Source: Alphaproteobacteria bacterium
Lineage (GTDB): Bacteria > Pseudomonadota > Alphaproteobacteria > UBA2966
Reading direction: 5' to 3'
Assembly (NCBI GenBank): GCA_964291395.2
Contig: OZ219856.1
Location: 1,184,001 to 1,248,000, forward strand
Length of the DNA: 64,000 nt
Shown: positions 9,438 through 21,000 of the stretch, piece after piece
Numbering within the stretch: the stretch's first letter is position 1
Layout of the letters: each line of letters opens with the position of its first letter
The notes under the pieces: generated by a model
The model's database searches: none
Told to the model about the DNA's origin: nothing
What the model saw: the letters and a program-made list of their open reading frames with translations, nothing else
Made by a program: the position numbers and the translations under genes

Positions 9438-10702
9438 CGGGTCTCGATGACGGCGTCGCGTCGCAGGTCGCGCAGATAGCGGCGGGCCATCATGTCCAAC
9501 CGTTGCCGGGCAAGACGCTCGCGTATCGCCTCCCGACTCGGCAGCGCAGCGGTCGCTACGTTCCGGTCACACACCACGAGGATGCGGATTCCTTGATCCA
9601 TCCGCAGCGGCTCGCTGGCTTGGCCGACTTCCAGATTGCCGATCGCATCTCGGATGTGCTGGGGGACGTCGCCCAGCCGCACCGTGCCGAGGTCGCCCGG
9701 CTGACCTATTTCAAGGGATTGGCCGTAGCTATCGAACGTATCGCACCCACGGATTTGCTCGCTGATCCGACGGGCATCCGCCATTCTCGCTTCCACGATC
9801 CGTTGCGGAGTCGATGGTGGCAGAGGGATCAGTATCTGCTTCAGACTGACGCGAGTATCGAGTGCGCTGGCTTCGCCCATCCGGCGCTGGTCACGCAGAT
9901 GGAGAATATAATATCCGCCCGGGCTCGAGATGGGCTCGGAGACTTCCCCGGTACTCAAGCCAGCGAGTACCCGTTCGAGTTCAGCCGGTAACTCGCCTTC
10001 GCCAATCCAGCCGACATCGCCGCCCGACCGCGACGTCACGCCCTGGGAGAACTGCCGGGCGACGGCGGTGAACGGCGACCCGTTCCGCAGCTGGCCGACG
10101 AGTCGCAGCGCCAGTTGGTGAACGTCCTCAGATTGCTCGGGCCTGTCGATAGCAAGGAATATCTCCGACACGAGGCGCTGCTGGGTGCCGTGCCGCGATT
10201 GCAAGCGCGCGTAGACCTCCTCGACTTCTTCATCGCTGATGTCGATGCGGGGCAGGATGCGCCTGCGGATCACTTTTCCCCATGCAATTTCAGCCTCGAT
10301 CCTTGCCATGAGTGTGATTTCGTCCAGTCCACGCGACCGCAGGAATTCAACCAAACCACCGCTGGGAAGATTGTTTTGTGCTTCCAGAATGCGCTCGGCT
10401 TCCTCGATTTCACTCTTTTCGATCGAGATGTTCAGCCGCCGAGCCTCCTGCATCTGCAGTTTCTCGTCCACGAGTGACTGGAGGACTTGTGGCTTCAGTC
10501 GACGGCGCGTCTGGCTGTTGTCCCGCAGGTTGGCCGACATCAGGTTGAAGCGGAGCCTGTTCTCCACATCGAGGGCCGAGATGACTTCCTCGTTCACGAC
10601 AGCTTCGATGCCGACAACCTGGGCATTGGCGGGCGTCATCGGGGCGGAGAGCGACGCCACCAAAAACAAGGAACCCGCCAACTTTCTCAAGCCGAGACTC
10701 AT
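9434..10702 (-). CDS. surA: Periplasmic chaperone/peptidyl-prolyl isomerase SurA
   Basis: Signal peptide, AVVNEEVIS N-domain, two parvulin-like domains, RRYLRDLRRDAVIE end; lptD-surA-pdxA-rsmA order. Confidence 0.88.
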   Translation of the reverse strand: MSLGLRKLAGSLFLVASLSAPMTPANAQVVGIEAVVNEEVISALDVENRLRFNLMSANLRDNSQTRRRLKPQVLQSLVDEKLQMQEARRLNISIEKSEIEEAERILEAQNNLPSGGLVEFLRSRGLDEITLMARIEAEIAWGKVIRRRILPRIDISDEEVEEVYARLQSRHGTQQRLVSEIFLAIDRPEQSEDVHQLALRLVGQLRNGSPFTAVARQFSQGVTSRSGGDVGWIGEGELPAELERVLAGLSTGEVSEPISSPGGYYILHLRDQRRMGEASALDTRVSLKQILIPLPPSTPQRIVEARMADARRISEQIRGCDTFDSYGQSLEIGQPGDLGTVRLGDVPQHIRDAIGNLEVGQASEPLRMDQGIRILVVCDRNVATAALPSREAIRERLARQRLDMMARRYLRDLRRDAVIETR

Positions 10703-10817
10703 CGAATTGCACTCAATGCTTCAAGTCAACAAAACCGGAGAACGCGTTGCCGCGCCGAGAACACATACTCTACGTCAACTTGCACCGGAATGGCATGCCG
10801 GACCGGCGGAGGCGTGG

Positions 10818-12964
10818 TCAGCCAAGGTTTCTCAGCTTCACGCGCAGTGAAAAGTCTGTAAAAGGTTGTACGTCCCGATCCTCGGTAAAGCTGCGGTCGA
10901 GTTGTATTCGAAGTTCGATGCATTCATCCATGTAAGCGGCACCGAAGCTCCAGGAAATTGTGTCGCCCTCGCCGGTCAGGTCTCGTCTCGTGCTGGCGGT
11001 AGCAGACCAATAGTCGGTTATTCGGACACGACCGCCAATCGCACCTCTTCCCGACTGGTCAATTCATCCGAGGTCAACTCGCGGCTGAGAGCAACGTAGC
11101 CGACCTTGCCCCGGATCTCCGGTGGGCCGAACGCCAAGTCGAACTCGTTCCGGCGGATGGACAATCGGTCTCTGTCGAGACGAAAACGATGCGTGTAATC
11201 GACAAACCGATTGGGAGATATGTTTACCCGGCCGACATAGTCCGATCGACGGCCCTCGAGGCCGGTCTTGTCCGCAAAAGTCCCGTCTCCCCGCCAGCGG
11301 AGCGACTGCCCGATCAGCGCTGTGGAATGACCGCCCCGCGCGCCGTAGGCGCTAACCTTGAGCCCGTAGTTGACCCGATGGCCGCCTTCCCAGCGATCGA
11401 GCCCTGCAAACCTGTTGGTGCTGAAGAGGTTGGTATCGTCGAATTCGAAACTCTGTGAATCCTCGTTCGGGATTTCGTCTGAATTGCCGCCAAAGGGTGC
11501 CGCGATAACGGCGACCACCGGCTCGACGATCTGACTGATGTTTCCTTGCTTCCGAATGAAAGGATATCTCCAGTGGAGGGCCAATCTCGGTAGCAGTCGT
11601 CCCTTGAACCCGTCCATCGAATTGCCCGGGTTCGAGGGATCCGTGAGGTCATTGACGTGGTACAAATCGCCCCGCACAGACGCGAGAAGATTGTAGACTT
11701 GGCCGCTCGTCGACGTGTACGGCAATTGCCAGTCGAGTCCGAGGGACAGCCGGCGGCTATCGGTGCTGCCGCTCCGGTTCAATACAAGGGCGTTGGCGTC
11801 CACTCCCCAGAGTTGTCCGAAGGAACCCGGTTGGCCCACGAAGTTGTAGTTGAGCTCGGGCAGGATCAGCGGTGCCTCACCAGGTTTGTCCTCGCGGCGA
11901 AGACCTTGAAAGGCATAAACATTCGCAGACGCATGGGTCCTGCCTCGAAATCCTTCTACATAGGCGTTGCTGGTGAGCGTGTCCTCGTTCGAGAAATCGT
12001 ATCGACGCAAATAGGTGTCATCCGTTGACCGCTCCGCCGTAAACCCCCAACGCCAGGTGTCATCGATGCCGAACGCTCCGGCTGCTTCAACATGGCCGCG
12101 GGTTTTCTTCCTTCCGGTCCTCGCGTTGTTCTCATCGCGCTCGTCGGTATGGGTGACGCTGCCTTGGAGTTGCAATCGCCCCGTGCGGGTTCGTTCCCGG
12201 TACTCGCCGGTCACGACAATGCCTTCCTTGCTCGTAAACAGGGGTGAGAACGTGGCGTCGCGGTGCGGCGCCAGGTTGAAGTAGTACGGCACCTGAAGCT
12301 TTGCCCCGAGTTCGCTGGAACGCCCATATGTGGGCACCAGAAAGCCGCTCTTGCGTTTGACCGTCGGGTCGGGATGGGAAATGAAGGGGGTGTACGCGAC
12401 CGGGACGCCAAACACTTCCAGGAAGGCGTCCCGATAATCCATGCGCCGTGTATTCTGATTGTGCGTAACCCGAAGAGCCTTGATCTGCCATAGAGGAGGG
12501 CGGTTCGGATGGTCCGGACACGACCGACATGCGGAGAACACGGCTTTCGACAAGTCGGTTCGGTTTCCGTTCGTACGAGTCGCCGACCTTGCGGCAAGTC
12601 GGGCGTCATCCGTCATCAGCACCCGGACTTCCGATACGAATCCGTCTCGCAGTCCGTCTGACAGCTCCGCGTATTCCGCGAACAGCACTTCCCCGGACGG
12701 CTCCAGCATGGCGACGTTGCCGCGCGCGGCGACCAAGTCGCGCTGCTCGTCGTAGCTCACGGTATCGGCGCGGAGAATCCGCTTTCCCGACACCAGTTCG
12801 ACGTTGCCGACGGCCGTCATGACGCCGGGTTCGTGGTCGTAAGTGATGGAGTCTGCGCTCAGGAGTACCGGGCCTTCTCCGAGCTCCTCGGCAACCTGAG
12901 CTGAAACCGAAGTGGCACAGGCAAGCGTAGCGGCGAGAACAGCCGTGGCGCAGCGCGTCATCAT
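10818..12964 (-). CDS. lptD: LPS assembly beta-barrel LptD (frameshift near 11033, probably a sequencing error)
   Basis: OstA-like N-terminus, FSAC..C, HPDPTVKRKSGFL, PNEDS.SFEFDDTNLFS.NRFAGLDR; after the apparent stop at 11018 another frame continues ...YMDECIEL...RVKLRNLG to TGA 10820-10818. Confidence 0.92.
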
Positions 12965-12970
12965 GCGCGC

Positions 12971-14065
12971 CTAGCCGTCCTCCAGGTGGAATAGAGTCGC
13001 GAGTCCCAGAAGGGCGCAGATTACGGCAGGGGCCCAAGCCGCGAGCATGACGGGGACAGCGCCGGACAGACCTATCGCGTAGACGACGTCCGACAGGAAG
13101 TACAGAACAAAGCCTACGAACACGCCTCCCGCCACAAGAAGTCCCGCACCGCCACGGCGCGTCAGGCGAATGGAAAAGGTCGCGGCGATGAGAACCATGG
13201 CGCAGAGGAGCAATGGTCCTGCCAGTATCGAATGCCAATGCAGCCGATGCCGAAGAGCTGAAAACCCGGTCTTCTCCAGCGTTTCGATGAAACCGGGCAA
13301 TGACCAGAACGACAGCGTCTCGGGCGGCGCGAAGCTGTCCTGTATTTGCTCCAGCGTGAGAGTAGTGGGGAGGCGGTAGTCTCCCTCACGCTTCACCGGT
13401 CCATCGGGCCTGGTGCGAAGCGCATCCGAGAGCTGCCAGTAACCCTCCTCAAGCGTTGCGTTGCTGGCGTCGATGCGTCCGGTGAACCGGTCGGCCTCGT
13501 CGTAGAGAAATACGATGACATCACTCAATTCAGTTCCATGCCGAGACGCGCCCCTGGCATGGATCACGGACTGACCGGTTTCATCGGCCTGCCGCAGCCA
13601 AAGGCCTGACCGCGAGACCGCGAGCAAGCTGGACTGCCCTCGCAGGTGTTTGGATTCCAGGGCCTCGTAGAGAGACGTCGTGGCCGAAGCCAGTGGATTG
13701 AACAGGGTCACTACGAACAATCCCGCCAGCAGGGCAATTGCGATCGTCGGAAACAGAAACTGCCAGACTGACAAACCTGCGGCACGCGCGACGATGAGCT
13801 GATTCGTTCGCGTGAGACGAACAAATGCCAACATGCCGCCGAACAGTGCGGCGAACGGGAGAATCTTTTGAACCATGAAGGGGGCTCGAAGGACGGCCAT
13901 CTGAATGACGATCAGAAACGAGACGTTCTCTCGTCCCCAGGACCGTCGGAACAGCTCGGCAAGATCGATCAGGAACACCAAGCCGAGCAGGATGCCCATC
14001 ATTGTTGCGATGCCGGAGATGAAATGGCGCCCAAGATACGCCGAGAGGATCGGGGGTGGCCTCAT
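12971..14065 (-). CDS. lptG: LPS export ABC transporter permease LptG
   Basis: YjgP/YjgQ-type TM pattern, NQLIVARAAGLSVWQFL, GLWLRQ, LAAWAP; start overlaps the lptF stop. Confidence 0.9.
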   Translation of the reverse strand: MRPPPILSAYLGRHFISGIATMMGILLGLVFLIDLAELFRRSWGRENVSFLIVIQMAVLRAPFMVQKILPFAALFGGMLAFVRLTRTNQLIVARAAGLSVWQFLFPTIAIALLAGLFVVTLFNPLASATTSLYEALESKHLRGQSSLLAVSRSGLWLRQADETGQSVIHARGASRHGTELSDVIVFLYDEADRFTGRIDASNATLEEGYWQLSDALRTRPDGPVKREGDYRLPTTLTLEQIQDSFAPPETLSFWSLPGFIETLEKTGFSALRHRLHWHSILAGPLLLCAMVLIAATFSIRLTRRGGAGLLVAGGVFVGFVLYFLSDVVYAIGLSGAVPVMLAAWAPAVICALLGLATLFHLEDG

Positions 14066-15189
14066 CCGGCACCTTCCGGTATCGCCGGTTGGTCGAGTCC
14101 CGAATGACGTCGGCGTCGAACGGTCAGCAAGATCCAGATCGCGCCGGTGCTGACCAGGAGGATATTCAAGTACAGCAGGGGCGTCAGTGCCGGCGTCGTG
14201 GCGACGACGGGGACGAGGCTGATTCCGATGACTTGGACGGCCACCGCGCCCACGGCAGCGTAGACGATTCGGCGCCATTCATAGCGCCGATCGAATTGGC
14301 CCGAGAGGACCGCCGCAAGCGCCATCAGCACGAACGCGATGCTGTACAACGGTGTAACGAACCGTTTGTGCGCTTCCGCTCGAAGTTCGTCACGGTGGTG
14401 GTTCGCGGCTTCCGAGTTTCCCGGGAAGAGCAGTTCGTCGATGTATCGTTCACCGGGTTCGCGCCAACGCGTAGCGGGAGATTCTGCGATCAATGCCAAA
14501 TCGAGCGTGTATCGATCAAAATAGAGCAGTGACAAATGGTTGCTGTTTCGGTGCCGTTCTTGTCTGTTCCCGTTTTCCATGACGAACCGCGGGCCGGCAG
14601 GCGTCTGAACAAGAACGCCCCGCTCCGCCATCACGGTAACCGGCTTGTCCGGTTCTCGATTGTCATGAACCAGGATTCCGAGCAGTTCACCGCGACGCCG
14701 TTCCCGAACGTACACGGTGACATCTTTGATGATGTTGTTAAACGTGCCCTCGCGCATGAGCACGGTCGCGTAGTTGTGGCGAATCGTAAACTGCTGGTCC
14801 TTGAAGGTTCTAAATCCCAACGGCTGCAGATAGAGAGTCAACCCATAGGTTGCGACGGTGATGAGCAACGCCATGATGACGGCTGGAATGGCCAGCGCGA
14901 ACTGACTCAGTCCCGCCGCTTTCATGACGATGATTTCACTGTCAAAGCTGAGTCGGTGGTAGGTGTACAGGACTCCGCAAAGCAGCGCGACGGGCAATAT
15001 GATGGCAAGAATGCCCGGCAACAGCAGAACGGTGAAGTAGAGGAAATGACTTGCAGAGAGCCCGCGATTTACGATCAGATCAACGAACCGCAGGCTCTGG
15101 GTCAGCCAGACAACGCCCACCAGCGCCACCGAGATAAACAAGATGGGCAGGGTGAGTTGGCGCAAGATGTAACGCGTCAGGCGGTTCAT
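14062..15189 (-). CDS. lptF: LPS export ABC transporter permease LptF
   Basis: MNRLTRYILRQ, VWLTQSLRFVDLIVNRG, DSEIIVMKAAGLS. Confidence 0.9.
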   Translation of the reverse strand: MNRLTRYILRQLTLPILFISVALVGVVWLTQSLRFVDLIVNRGLSASHFLYFTVLLLPGILAIILPVALLCGVLYTYHRLSFDSEIIVMKAAGLSQFALAIPAVIMALLITVATYGLTLYLQPLGFRTFKDQQFTIRHNYATVLMREGTFNNIIKDVTVYVRERRRGELLGILVHDNREPDKPVTVMAERGVLVQTPAGPRFVMENGNRQERHRNSNHLSLLYFDRYTLDLALIAESPATRWREPGERYIDELLFPGNSEAANHHRDELRAEAHKRFVTPLYSIAFVLMALAAVLSGQFDRRYEWRRIVYAAVGAVAVQVIGISLVPVVATTPALTPLLYLNILLVSTGAIWILLTVRRRRHSGLDQPAIPEGAG

Positions 15190-15488
15190 ATGTACACCAT
15201 ACCTGAGTGAGGACGGCTTCACCTATTTCCTTTGACGTGAGCGGGTATGCGCTTATGCCTCGAGCGTTTCAGGGTGATGCCGAGCATTCATCGCGTCTCC
15301 GGCCACCCGTCCGGTTTCCTTGCGTTGCCTCGTTCGTCGGTTGGGCGGAAGGGGTTCATTTCCAGCGTTGGCCGGCTAATATGCCCACGTCCGCCGACTC
15401 AATGGTGTATCACTTCGACGATCGTCGTGGGAGCCGAAGAATGCGGACGCCGGTTCACTAGATCTCATCCCGGAGCGAGACGACTTTC

Positions 15489-16991
15489 ATGCGCATCTCT
15501 TTTGCAAACATTTCGAGTTCACGCCGAGGCGCCCTCGTCGTAACGGCGACCGTTGATAGCGAGCTTTCGCGTACGGGAACGGCTGTCGACAAATCGATGG
15601 GCGGGGCAATCCGGAAAGCGATGGGATCGGGCAGGTTCTCCGGCAAGAAGGGGCAGGTCTTGGAATTCCCCGCGCCCGCCGGATTGAAAAGCAGTCGGGT
15701 GCTCGTCGTCGGTTTGGGCAAAGCGGCAGATGTTGCCGCCCTTACCATGGAGGCGGCGGGCGGCACCGTGGTGGGACGTCTCGCGATCAGCGGAGAAACC
15801 GAAGTTGCCGTGGCCATCGATCCGATCAAGGGTTCGAAGATAAGCGCGGCCGAGGCCGCCGCGCGTTTCGCCTATGGCGCGAACCTGGGTAGTTACAGAT
15901 TTGACCGGTATCGCACCAAGCTCGAGGAGGACAAGAAGCCGAGCCTCGGATCCGTCGTGGTCATGTCCCGCGACGCTGCCGGCGCGAAGAAGGCCTATAT
16001 GCCCCTGGATCGAATTGCGTCGGGCGTATACATGACGCGCGATCTGGTGAGCGAGCCGGCGAACGTCAAGTATGCGGAGACCATCGCCGCCGACGCGCGC
16101 GGATTGCGGAAGCTTGGGGTGAAAGTGGAAGTGCTCGGTGAGCGCCGCATGCAACAGATGGGCATGGGAGCTCTCCTAGGCGTCAATCAAGGCAGCGAAC
16201 GTGAAGCGAAGCTGCTGGTCATGCAATGGAACGGAGCGCCACAACGGGCCGGACAGCGCCCCGTCGCCTTCATCGGCAAAGGCGTGACCTTCGATACCGG
16301 GGGTATCTCCATCAAGCCGTCCGGGGGCATGGAGGACATGAAGTGGGACATGGCGGGTGCCGGCGCCGTGATTGGCGCGATGCAAGCTCTCGCCGCGAGA
16401 AAGGCGCGGGCGAACGTCGTCGGCGTCTGCGGTTTGGTTGAGAACATGCCGTCGGGTACGGCACAGCGGCCGGGCGACGTCGTGAAATCGATGTCGGGTC
16501 AAACCGTCGAGGTGATCAACACCGATGCCGAGGGGCGTCTGGTTCTGGCGGATGCGCTCTGGTACACCCAAAAGAGATTCCGGCCGCAGGCGATGATCGA
16601 TCTTGCGACCCTGACCGGGGCCATTATCGTCTCGTTGGGGCACGTTCACGCCGGGCTGTTCTCCGACAACGACGAATTGGCAAACACGCTGACCGAGGCC
16701 GGCAAGGCGGAAGGCGAGACGGTGTGGCGCCTTCCCATCGGCGACCAGTATGACAAGGACATCAACTCGGATATCGCCGACATGAAGAATGTCGGTGCGG
16801 GACGGGCCGCCGGCAGCATTACCGCGGCACAGTTCCTCAAGCGGTTCGCCAACAATGTCCCCTGGGCCCATCTGGACATTGCCGGAATGGCGTGGTCCAA
16901 CAAGGCAAGGCCGACCGTGCCGAAAGGCGGCACGGGTTTCGGCGTTCGTCTGCTCAACCGGTGGGTCGCCGACAACCACGAGGTTGCGTGA
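15489..16991 (+). CDS. pepA: Leucyl aminopeptidase (M17)
   Basis: GKGVTFDTGGISIK, MKWDMAG, NTDAEGRLVLAD, WAHLDIAG. Confidence 0.96.
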   Translation: MRISFANISSSRRGALVVTATVDSELSRTGTAVDKSMGGAIRKAMGSGRFSGKKGQVLEFPAPAGLKSSRVLVVGLGKAADVAALTMEAAGGTVVGRLAISGETEVAVAIDPIKGSKISAAEAAARFAYGANLGSYRFDRYRTKLEEDKKPSLGSVVVMSRDAAGAKKAYMPLDRIASGVYMTRDLVSEPANVKYAETIAADARGLRKLGVKVEVLGERRMQQMGMGALLGVNQGSEREAKLLVMQWNGAPQRAGQRPVAFIGKGVTFDTGGISIKPSGGMEDMKWDMAGAGAVIGAMQALAARKARANVVGVCGLVENMPSGTAQRPGDVVKSMSGQTVEVINTDAEGRLVLADALWYTQKRFRPQAMIDLATLTGAIIVSLGHVHAGLFSDNDELANTLTEAGKAEGETVWRLPIGDQYDKDINSDIADMKNVGAGRAAGSITAAQFLKRFANNVPWAHLDIAGMAWSNKARPTVPKGGTGFGVRLLNRWVADNHEVA

Positions 16992-17013
16992 CGGGCGCAA
17001 TTACGCGGCTTGC

Positions 17014-17463
17014 ATGACGGCGATCAGCTTCTACCATCTCGAGCGGACGTCGCTGGACCGGGCGCTGCCAAGGCTCCTCGAGAAGGTATTGGAGCGCGGA
17101 CATCGGGCCGTGGTGATCGCCGGCTCCGAAGAGCGGGTGGAAGCACTCAATACGGCGCTTTGGACCTATGAGCAGCGGTCGTTCCTGCCGCACGGCTCGG
17201 CCGCGGATGGGCATGCTGATCGCCAGCCCGTTTACCTGACCGCCGAAGACGAGAATCCCAACGGATCGGACGTGCTGGTGCTCGTGGACGGCGTCACCTC
17301 GGCGAACCTGGAGACGTTCGCCAGGGTTCTCGACATGTTCGACGGCCATGATTCCGAAGCGGTGGAAGCCGCACGGGCCCGCTGGCGCGATCTCAAGGAT
17401 GCCGGCCACGAGTTGACATATTGGCAGCAAACGGCGCAGGGCGGCTGGGAGCAGAAAGGGTGA
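17014..17463 (+). CDS. holC: DNA polymerase III chi subunit
   Basis: FYHL, LWTY...SFLPHG, AARARW, YWQQ...GGW; follows pepA. Confidence 0.93.
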   Translation: MTAISFYHLERTSLDRALPRLLEKVLERGHRAVVIAGSEERVEALNTALWTYEQRSFLPHGSAADGHADRQPVYLTAEDENPNGSDVLVLVDGVTSANLETFARVLDMFDGHDSEAVEAARARWRDLKDAGHELTYWQQTAQGGWEQKG

Positions 17464-17623
17464 CGAGCAAGTCTGCCGGCGGGTGTTCACCCTCTGGTGT
17501 TCGTTCTGCAGCATCGATCGTCGAATGGGCCGATCTGACGGGGCAACCGGCGAATGCGGTTGCGGCTCTGCCGCGCTATGGCTATAAGGCGCGCCATCCC
17601 CGGTTTCGAGAGGACGAGCGTTC

Positions 17624-18046
17624 ATGGCGCTGGAGCGAACACTGTCCATCATCAAGCCCGACGCGACCCGGCGGAACCTGACGGGTCGTATCAATGCCAA
17701 ATTCGAGGAGGCCGGACTGCGCATCGTCGCGCAGAAGCGGGTCCGGCTCACGCGCGAGCGCGCCGAGGGTTTTTACGCCGTTCACCGCGAACGTCCCTTC
17801 TTCGACTCGCTGTGTACATTCATGACGTCGGGACCGGTCGTGGTCCAGGTGCTGGAAGGCGATGATGCGATCCGGCGCAACCGGGATATCATGGGCGCAA
17901 CAAACCCCGAGGAAGCGGTACCCGGCACGATCCGAGCGGAATTCGCCGAGTCGATTGAAGCCAACAGCGTGCATGGCTCCGACTCGCCCGACACGGCGAT
18001 GGACGAGGTCGCCTATTTCTTCAGTGAAGAGGAAATCGTCGGTTAG
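17624..18046 (+). CDS. ndk: Nucleoside diphosphate kinase
   Basis: [29 protein letters not shown]. Confidence 0.97.
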   Translation: MALERTLSIIKPDATRRNLTGRINAKFEEAGLRIVAQKRVRLTRERAEGFYAVHRERPFFDSLCTFMTSGPVVVQVLEGDDAIRRNRDIMGATNPEEAVPGTIRAEFAESIEANSVHGSDSPDTAMDEVAYFFSEEEIVG

Positions 18047-18696
18047 CCTGCGATCGAAGGATTGGTCACCACGTCGGTGGTGCCGTCCGCTTCTTCGATC
18101 CGGACGATCTCGTCGACGACGCGAACTCGGCCCTCAGCGATCCATCGAACCGCCTGGGGTAAGCACTTGTGCTCGCTCTCGAGGACGCGCGCGGCGAGGT
18201 CCTCGGGTGTATCGGTCGGAAGTACCGGCACAACGGACTGGATGATGATGGGTCCTGCGTCCAAGGCGGCGCGAATAAAATGGACGGTACATCCGCTGAA
18301 CCTGACCCCTGACCGGATCGCCCGCTCGTGGGTATTCAAACCCGTGAACGCGGGCAAAAGGGAAGGATGGATGTTGATGGCGCGATCGTGCCAGGTATCG
18401 ACGAATGTCCCGGTCAGAATTCGCATGAAGCCGGCATTGCACACCAGTTCGACGCCGGCGCGTTGGAGGGAACTCGTGAGAGCTGCCTCGAACGCGGATC
18501 GGTCCGTAAACGCACGGTGCTCGATGATCTTTGTCGGGATTCGCGCATCTTGCGCACGCTCCAGACCCTTGGCGTCGGGCTCGTTGGAAATCACCATCGC
18601 GATCTCTGCGGGGTACGTCGGTTCCGCGCAGGCGTCGATCAATGCCTGGAGGTTGGTACCGCGCCCCGAAATCAGTACGCCGATTCGTAGGGTCAA
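18043..18696 (-). CDS. purN: Phosphoribosylglycinamide formyltransferase
   Basis: [38 protein letters not shown]. Confidence 0.96.
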   Translation of the reverse strand: MTLRIGVLISGRGTNLQALIDACAEPTYPAEIAMVISNEPDAKGLERAQDARIPTKIIEHRAFTDRSAFEAALTSSLQRAGVELVCNAGFMRILTGTFVDTWHDRAINIHPSLLPAFTGLNTHERAIRSGVRFSGCTVHFIRAALDAGPIIIQSVVPVLPTDTPEDLAARVLESEHKCLPQAVRWIAEGRVRVVDEIVRIEEADGTTDVVTNPSIAG

Positions 18697-19820
18697 AGCT
18701 TGATGTCTCCGTCGATCGCAACGCTCGGGCCTTCTTCCGCCTTGTCCAAGATCGAGCCAATTCGAAAGACCGTTTCGCCCTGATCTTCAAAGAAGCGGAT
18801 GGCTTCCCCTTCTTGCCGAGCGGCAACGACAACGGTCATCCCCACGCCCATGTTGAATGTCTGCAGGGCGTCGGACAGCGGAACGTTCCCTTCGTTCACC
18901 AGCCATCCGAACACTGAGGGCACGGGCCAAGACGTGGCATCGATTTCGGCGCGAACGTCTTCAGGCAACACGCGAGCGAGATTGCCGGCTAGTCCGCCTC
19001 CCGTGATGTGCGCCAGTGCATGCACGAGATTTGACCGAACCGCGGCAAGGCAGGACTTGACGTATAGTCGCGTGGGTTCGAGGAGTGCATGCCCAAGGGA
19101 CCGTCCGGGATCGAAGGGCGCCGGATCCGCGTAGCTCAGCGACACTTGGGCAACGATCGACCTTACGAGGGAGAATCCGTTTGAATGAAGCCCGTTCGAG
19201 GCGAGTCCAAGGACGACATCGCCGGGCCGCACACGTTCGCCGGTGATTTGCGTGCCGCGCTCCACCGCGCCCACCGCAAATCCCGCCAGGTCATACTCGG
19301 ACTTCGTGTAGAGGCCGGGCAGTTCGGCTGTTTCCCCTCCGATGAGCGCGCAACCGGCCTCGACGCAGGCGTCTGCGATGCCGTTGACGACCGCTTCCCC
19401 TGCGACCGGATCAAGTTTTCCCGTTGCCAGGTAGTCGAGAAAGAAGAGCGGTTCGGCGCCTTGAACGACGAGGTCGTTCACGCACATGGCGACCAGATCC
19501 ATCCCGACCGTGTGATGTCGATTGACGTCGCGCGCAATCAGCAGTTTCGTGCCGACACCGTCCGTAGCGGCAACAAGGATCGGATCTTGGTAGCCGGCGT
19601 CCTTGAGGTCGAAGAACGCGCCGAATCCGCCGATCTCAACGTCGCCGCCGGGTCTTCGCGTGGCTGCGGCGAGGGGTGCGATCCTGCGAACAAACTGGTT
19701 GCCGGCATCGATGTCGACGCCGGCCTCGCGATAGGTATTCCTGGAAGGGGTCGGGTTCCGGGGGGCCTTGTTGATGGTGATTCCGATCCCAAGTATGCTG
19801 CTGCGACGTCCGCCGAACAT
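18693..19820 (-). CDS. purM: AIR synthetase (start uncertain)
   Basis: YREAGVDIDAGN, TDGVGTK, DLVAMCVND, GGETAE, GLHSNGFSL, AHITGGG, TFNMGVG. Confidence 0.93.
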   Translation of the reverse strand: MFGGRRSSILGIGITINKAPRNPTPSRNTYREAGVDIDAGNQFVRRIAPLAAATRRPGGDVEIGGFGAFFDLKDAGYQDPILVAATDGVGTKLLIARDVNRHHTVGMDLVAMCVNDLVVQGAEPLFFLDYLATGKLDPVAGEAVVNGIADACVEAGCALIGGETAELPGLYTKSEYDLAGFAVGAVERGTQITGERVRPGDVVLGLASNGLHSNGFSLVRSIVAQVSLSYADPAPFDPGRSLGHALLEPTRLYVKSCLAAVRSNLVHALAHITGGGLAGNLARVLPEDVRAEIDATSWPVPSVFGWLVNEGNVPLSDALQTFNMGVGMTVVVAARQEGEAIRFFEDQGETVFRIGSILDKAEEGPSVAIDGDIKL

Positions 19821-19842
19821 ACTCAATCTAGGCTCGTTTGCA

Positions 19843-21000
19843 ATGATCCTCGCCGTGGGCAACGGGGCATTTCGAATTGCCCTTGTCTGTATGTTCCCGT
19901 ATGTGGCCGTTTTCGCCGGAGATTCGATAGCCCGCGCACAGTCCTCGGACTCCTTTTCCGTTTCGGATGTCGGTGTCGATGCGGTCGCGGAGACAGCCAT
20001 CGAAGCTCGCGAGATCGCTCTTGCGTCGGGGCAACGAGAGGCTTTGGATCGTTTGATTCGCCGTCTCACCTTGCGCGAGCACCGTCTGCAGATACCCGAG
20101 CTTGCGGATGCCGCAATTGCCCCACTGGTTCGAGGAATCGAGATCGAAGAGGAAAAAACCTCTTCGAAGCGTTACCTGGCCAACCTGACGGTCAGCTTCA
20201 AGAAGAATGAGATCAGGACGTTGCTTCGGGGAAACGGCATTCCGTTCAGTGAAACGCCCAGCAAACCGCTGCTTGTGCTGCCGGTTTACGAGGCGGCCGG
20301 CGCGCGCAACCTGTGGGACGATCCGAATCCCTGGTTGGTAGCCTGGCAGGCGCGGTCGGAACGGGATTCATTGGTGCCGCTCGTCATTCCGGTCGGCGAT
20401 CTGACCGATATCGCGACCATCGGCGCGCAGCAAGCTCTTTCCGGCGACGACAAGCCGCTGGCGGTGATCGCCAGGAGATATGGGGCTGCGGACGTGCTGG
20501 TTGCCCATGCCATCCTGCGTCACGATCTCGCCGCCGGAATTCCGCGCCTTTCCGTCACGTTGCATCGACACGGACCGGAGAGCAATTCAATCGTCGTCGA
20601 GAGCTTTAGCGGCGTGTCCCGAACGATGGTTGATGGGCTCCTGGAACGGGCTGCCGAGGAGGCCGCGTCGCAAATCGAGGAGAATTGGAAACGCCTGACG
20701 CTGTTGCGCTTCGAGGACGAGGGAATGCTCAGTGCACGAGTGCCGCTCTCGGGCCTCGTCGACTGGGTAGAGGTTCGATCTCGACTGTCCCGGGCACCCG
20801 AGGTCAGCAGAGTGGAGATACTCCAGGTAAATCGAGAGGCGGCGCAGGTCGCGCTGCACTATTTCGGATCGCCACAGCAGTTGGCCGTAACCCTCGCACA
20901 ACGCGATCTCGACTTGGTTGGGGAAGAAGGATCCTGGTCCGTGCGCTTGCGCGAGAAGCGAGGCGCCTTGGCCGGTGGAAGTCGGGCCGCAGACGAGTGA
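19843..21000 (+). CDS. DUF2066 family exported protein
   Basis: Signal-like N-terminus, LLVLPVY, LWDDPNPWL.AW, P.GDL.D; usual position divergent from purM. Confidence 0.75.
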   Translation: MILAVGNGAFRIALVCMFPYVAVFAGDSIARAQSSDSFSVSDVGVDAVAETAIEAREIALASGQREALDRLIRRLTLREHRLQIPELADAAIAPLVRGIEIEEEKTSSKRYLANLTVSFKKNEIRTLLRGNGIPFSETPSKPLLVLPVYEAAGARNLWDDPNPWLVAWQARSERDSLVPLVIPVGDLTDIATIGAQQALSGDDKPLAVIARRYGAADVLVAHAILRHDLAAGIPRLSVTLHRHGPESNSIVVESFSGVSRTMVDGLLERAAEEAASQIEENWKRLTLLRFEDEGMLSARVPLSGLVDWVEVRSRLSRAPEVSRVEILQVNREAAQVALHYFGSPQQLAVTLAQRDLDLVGEEGSWSVRLREKRGALAGGSRAADE

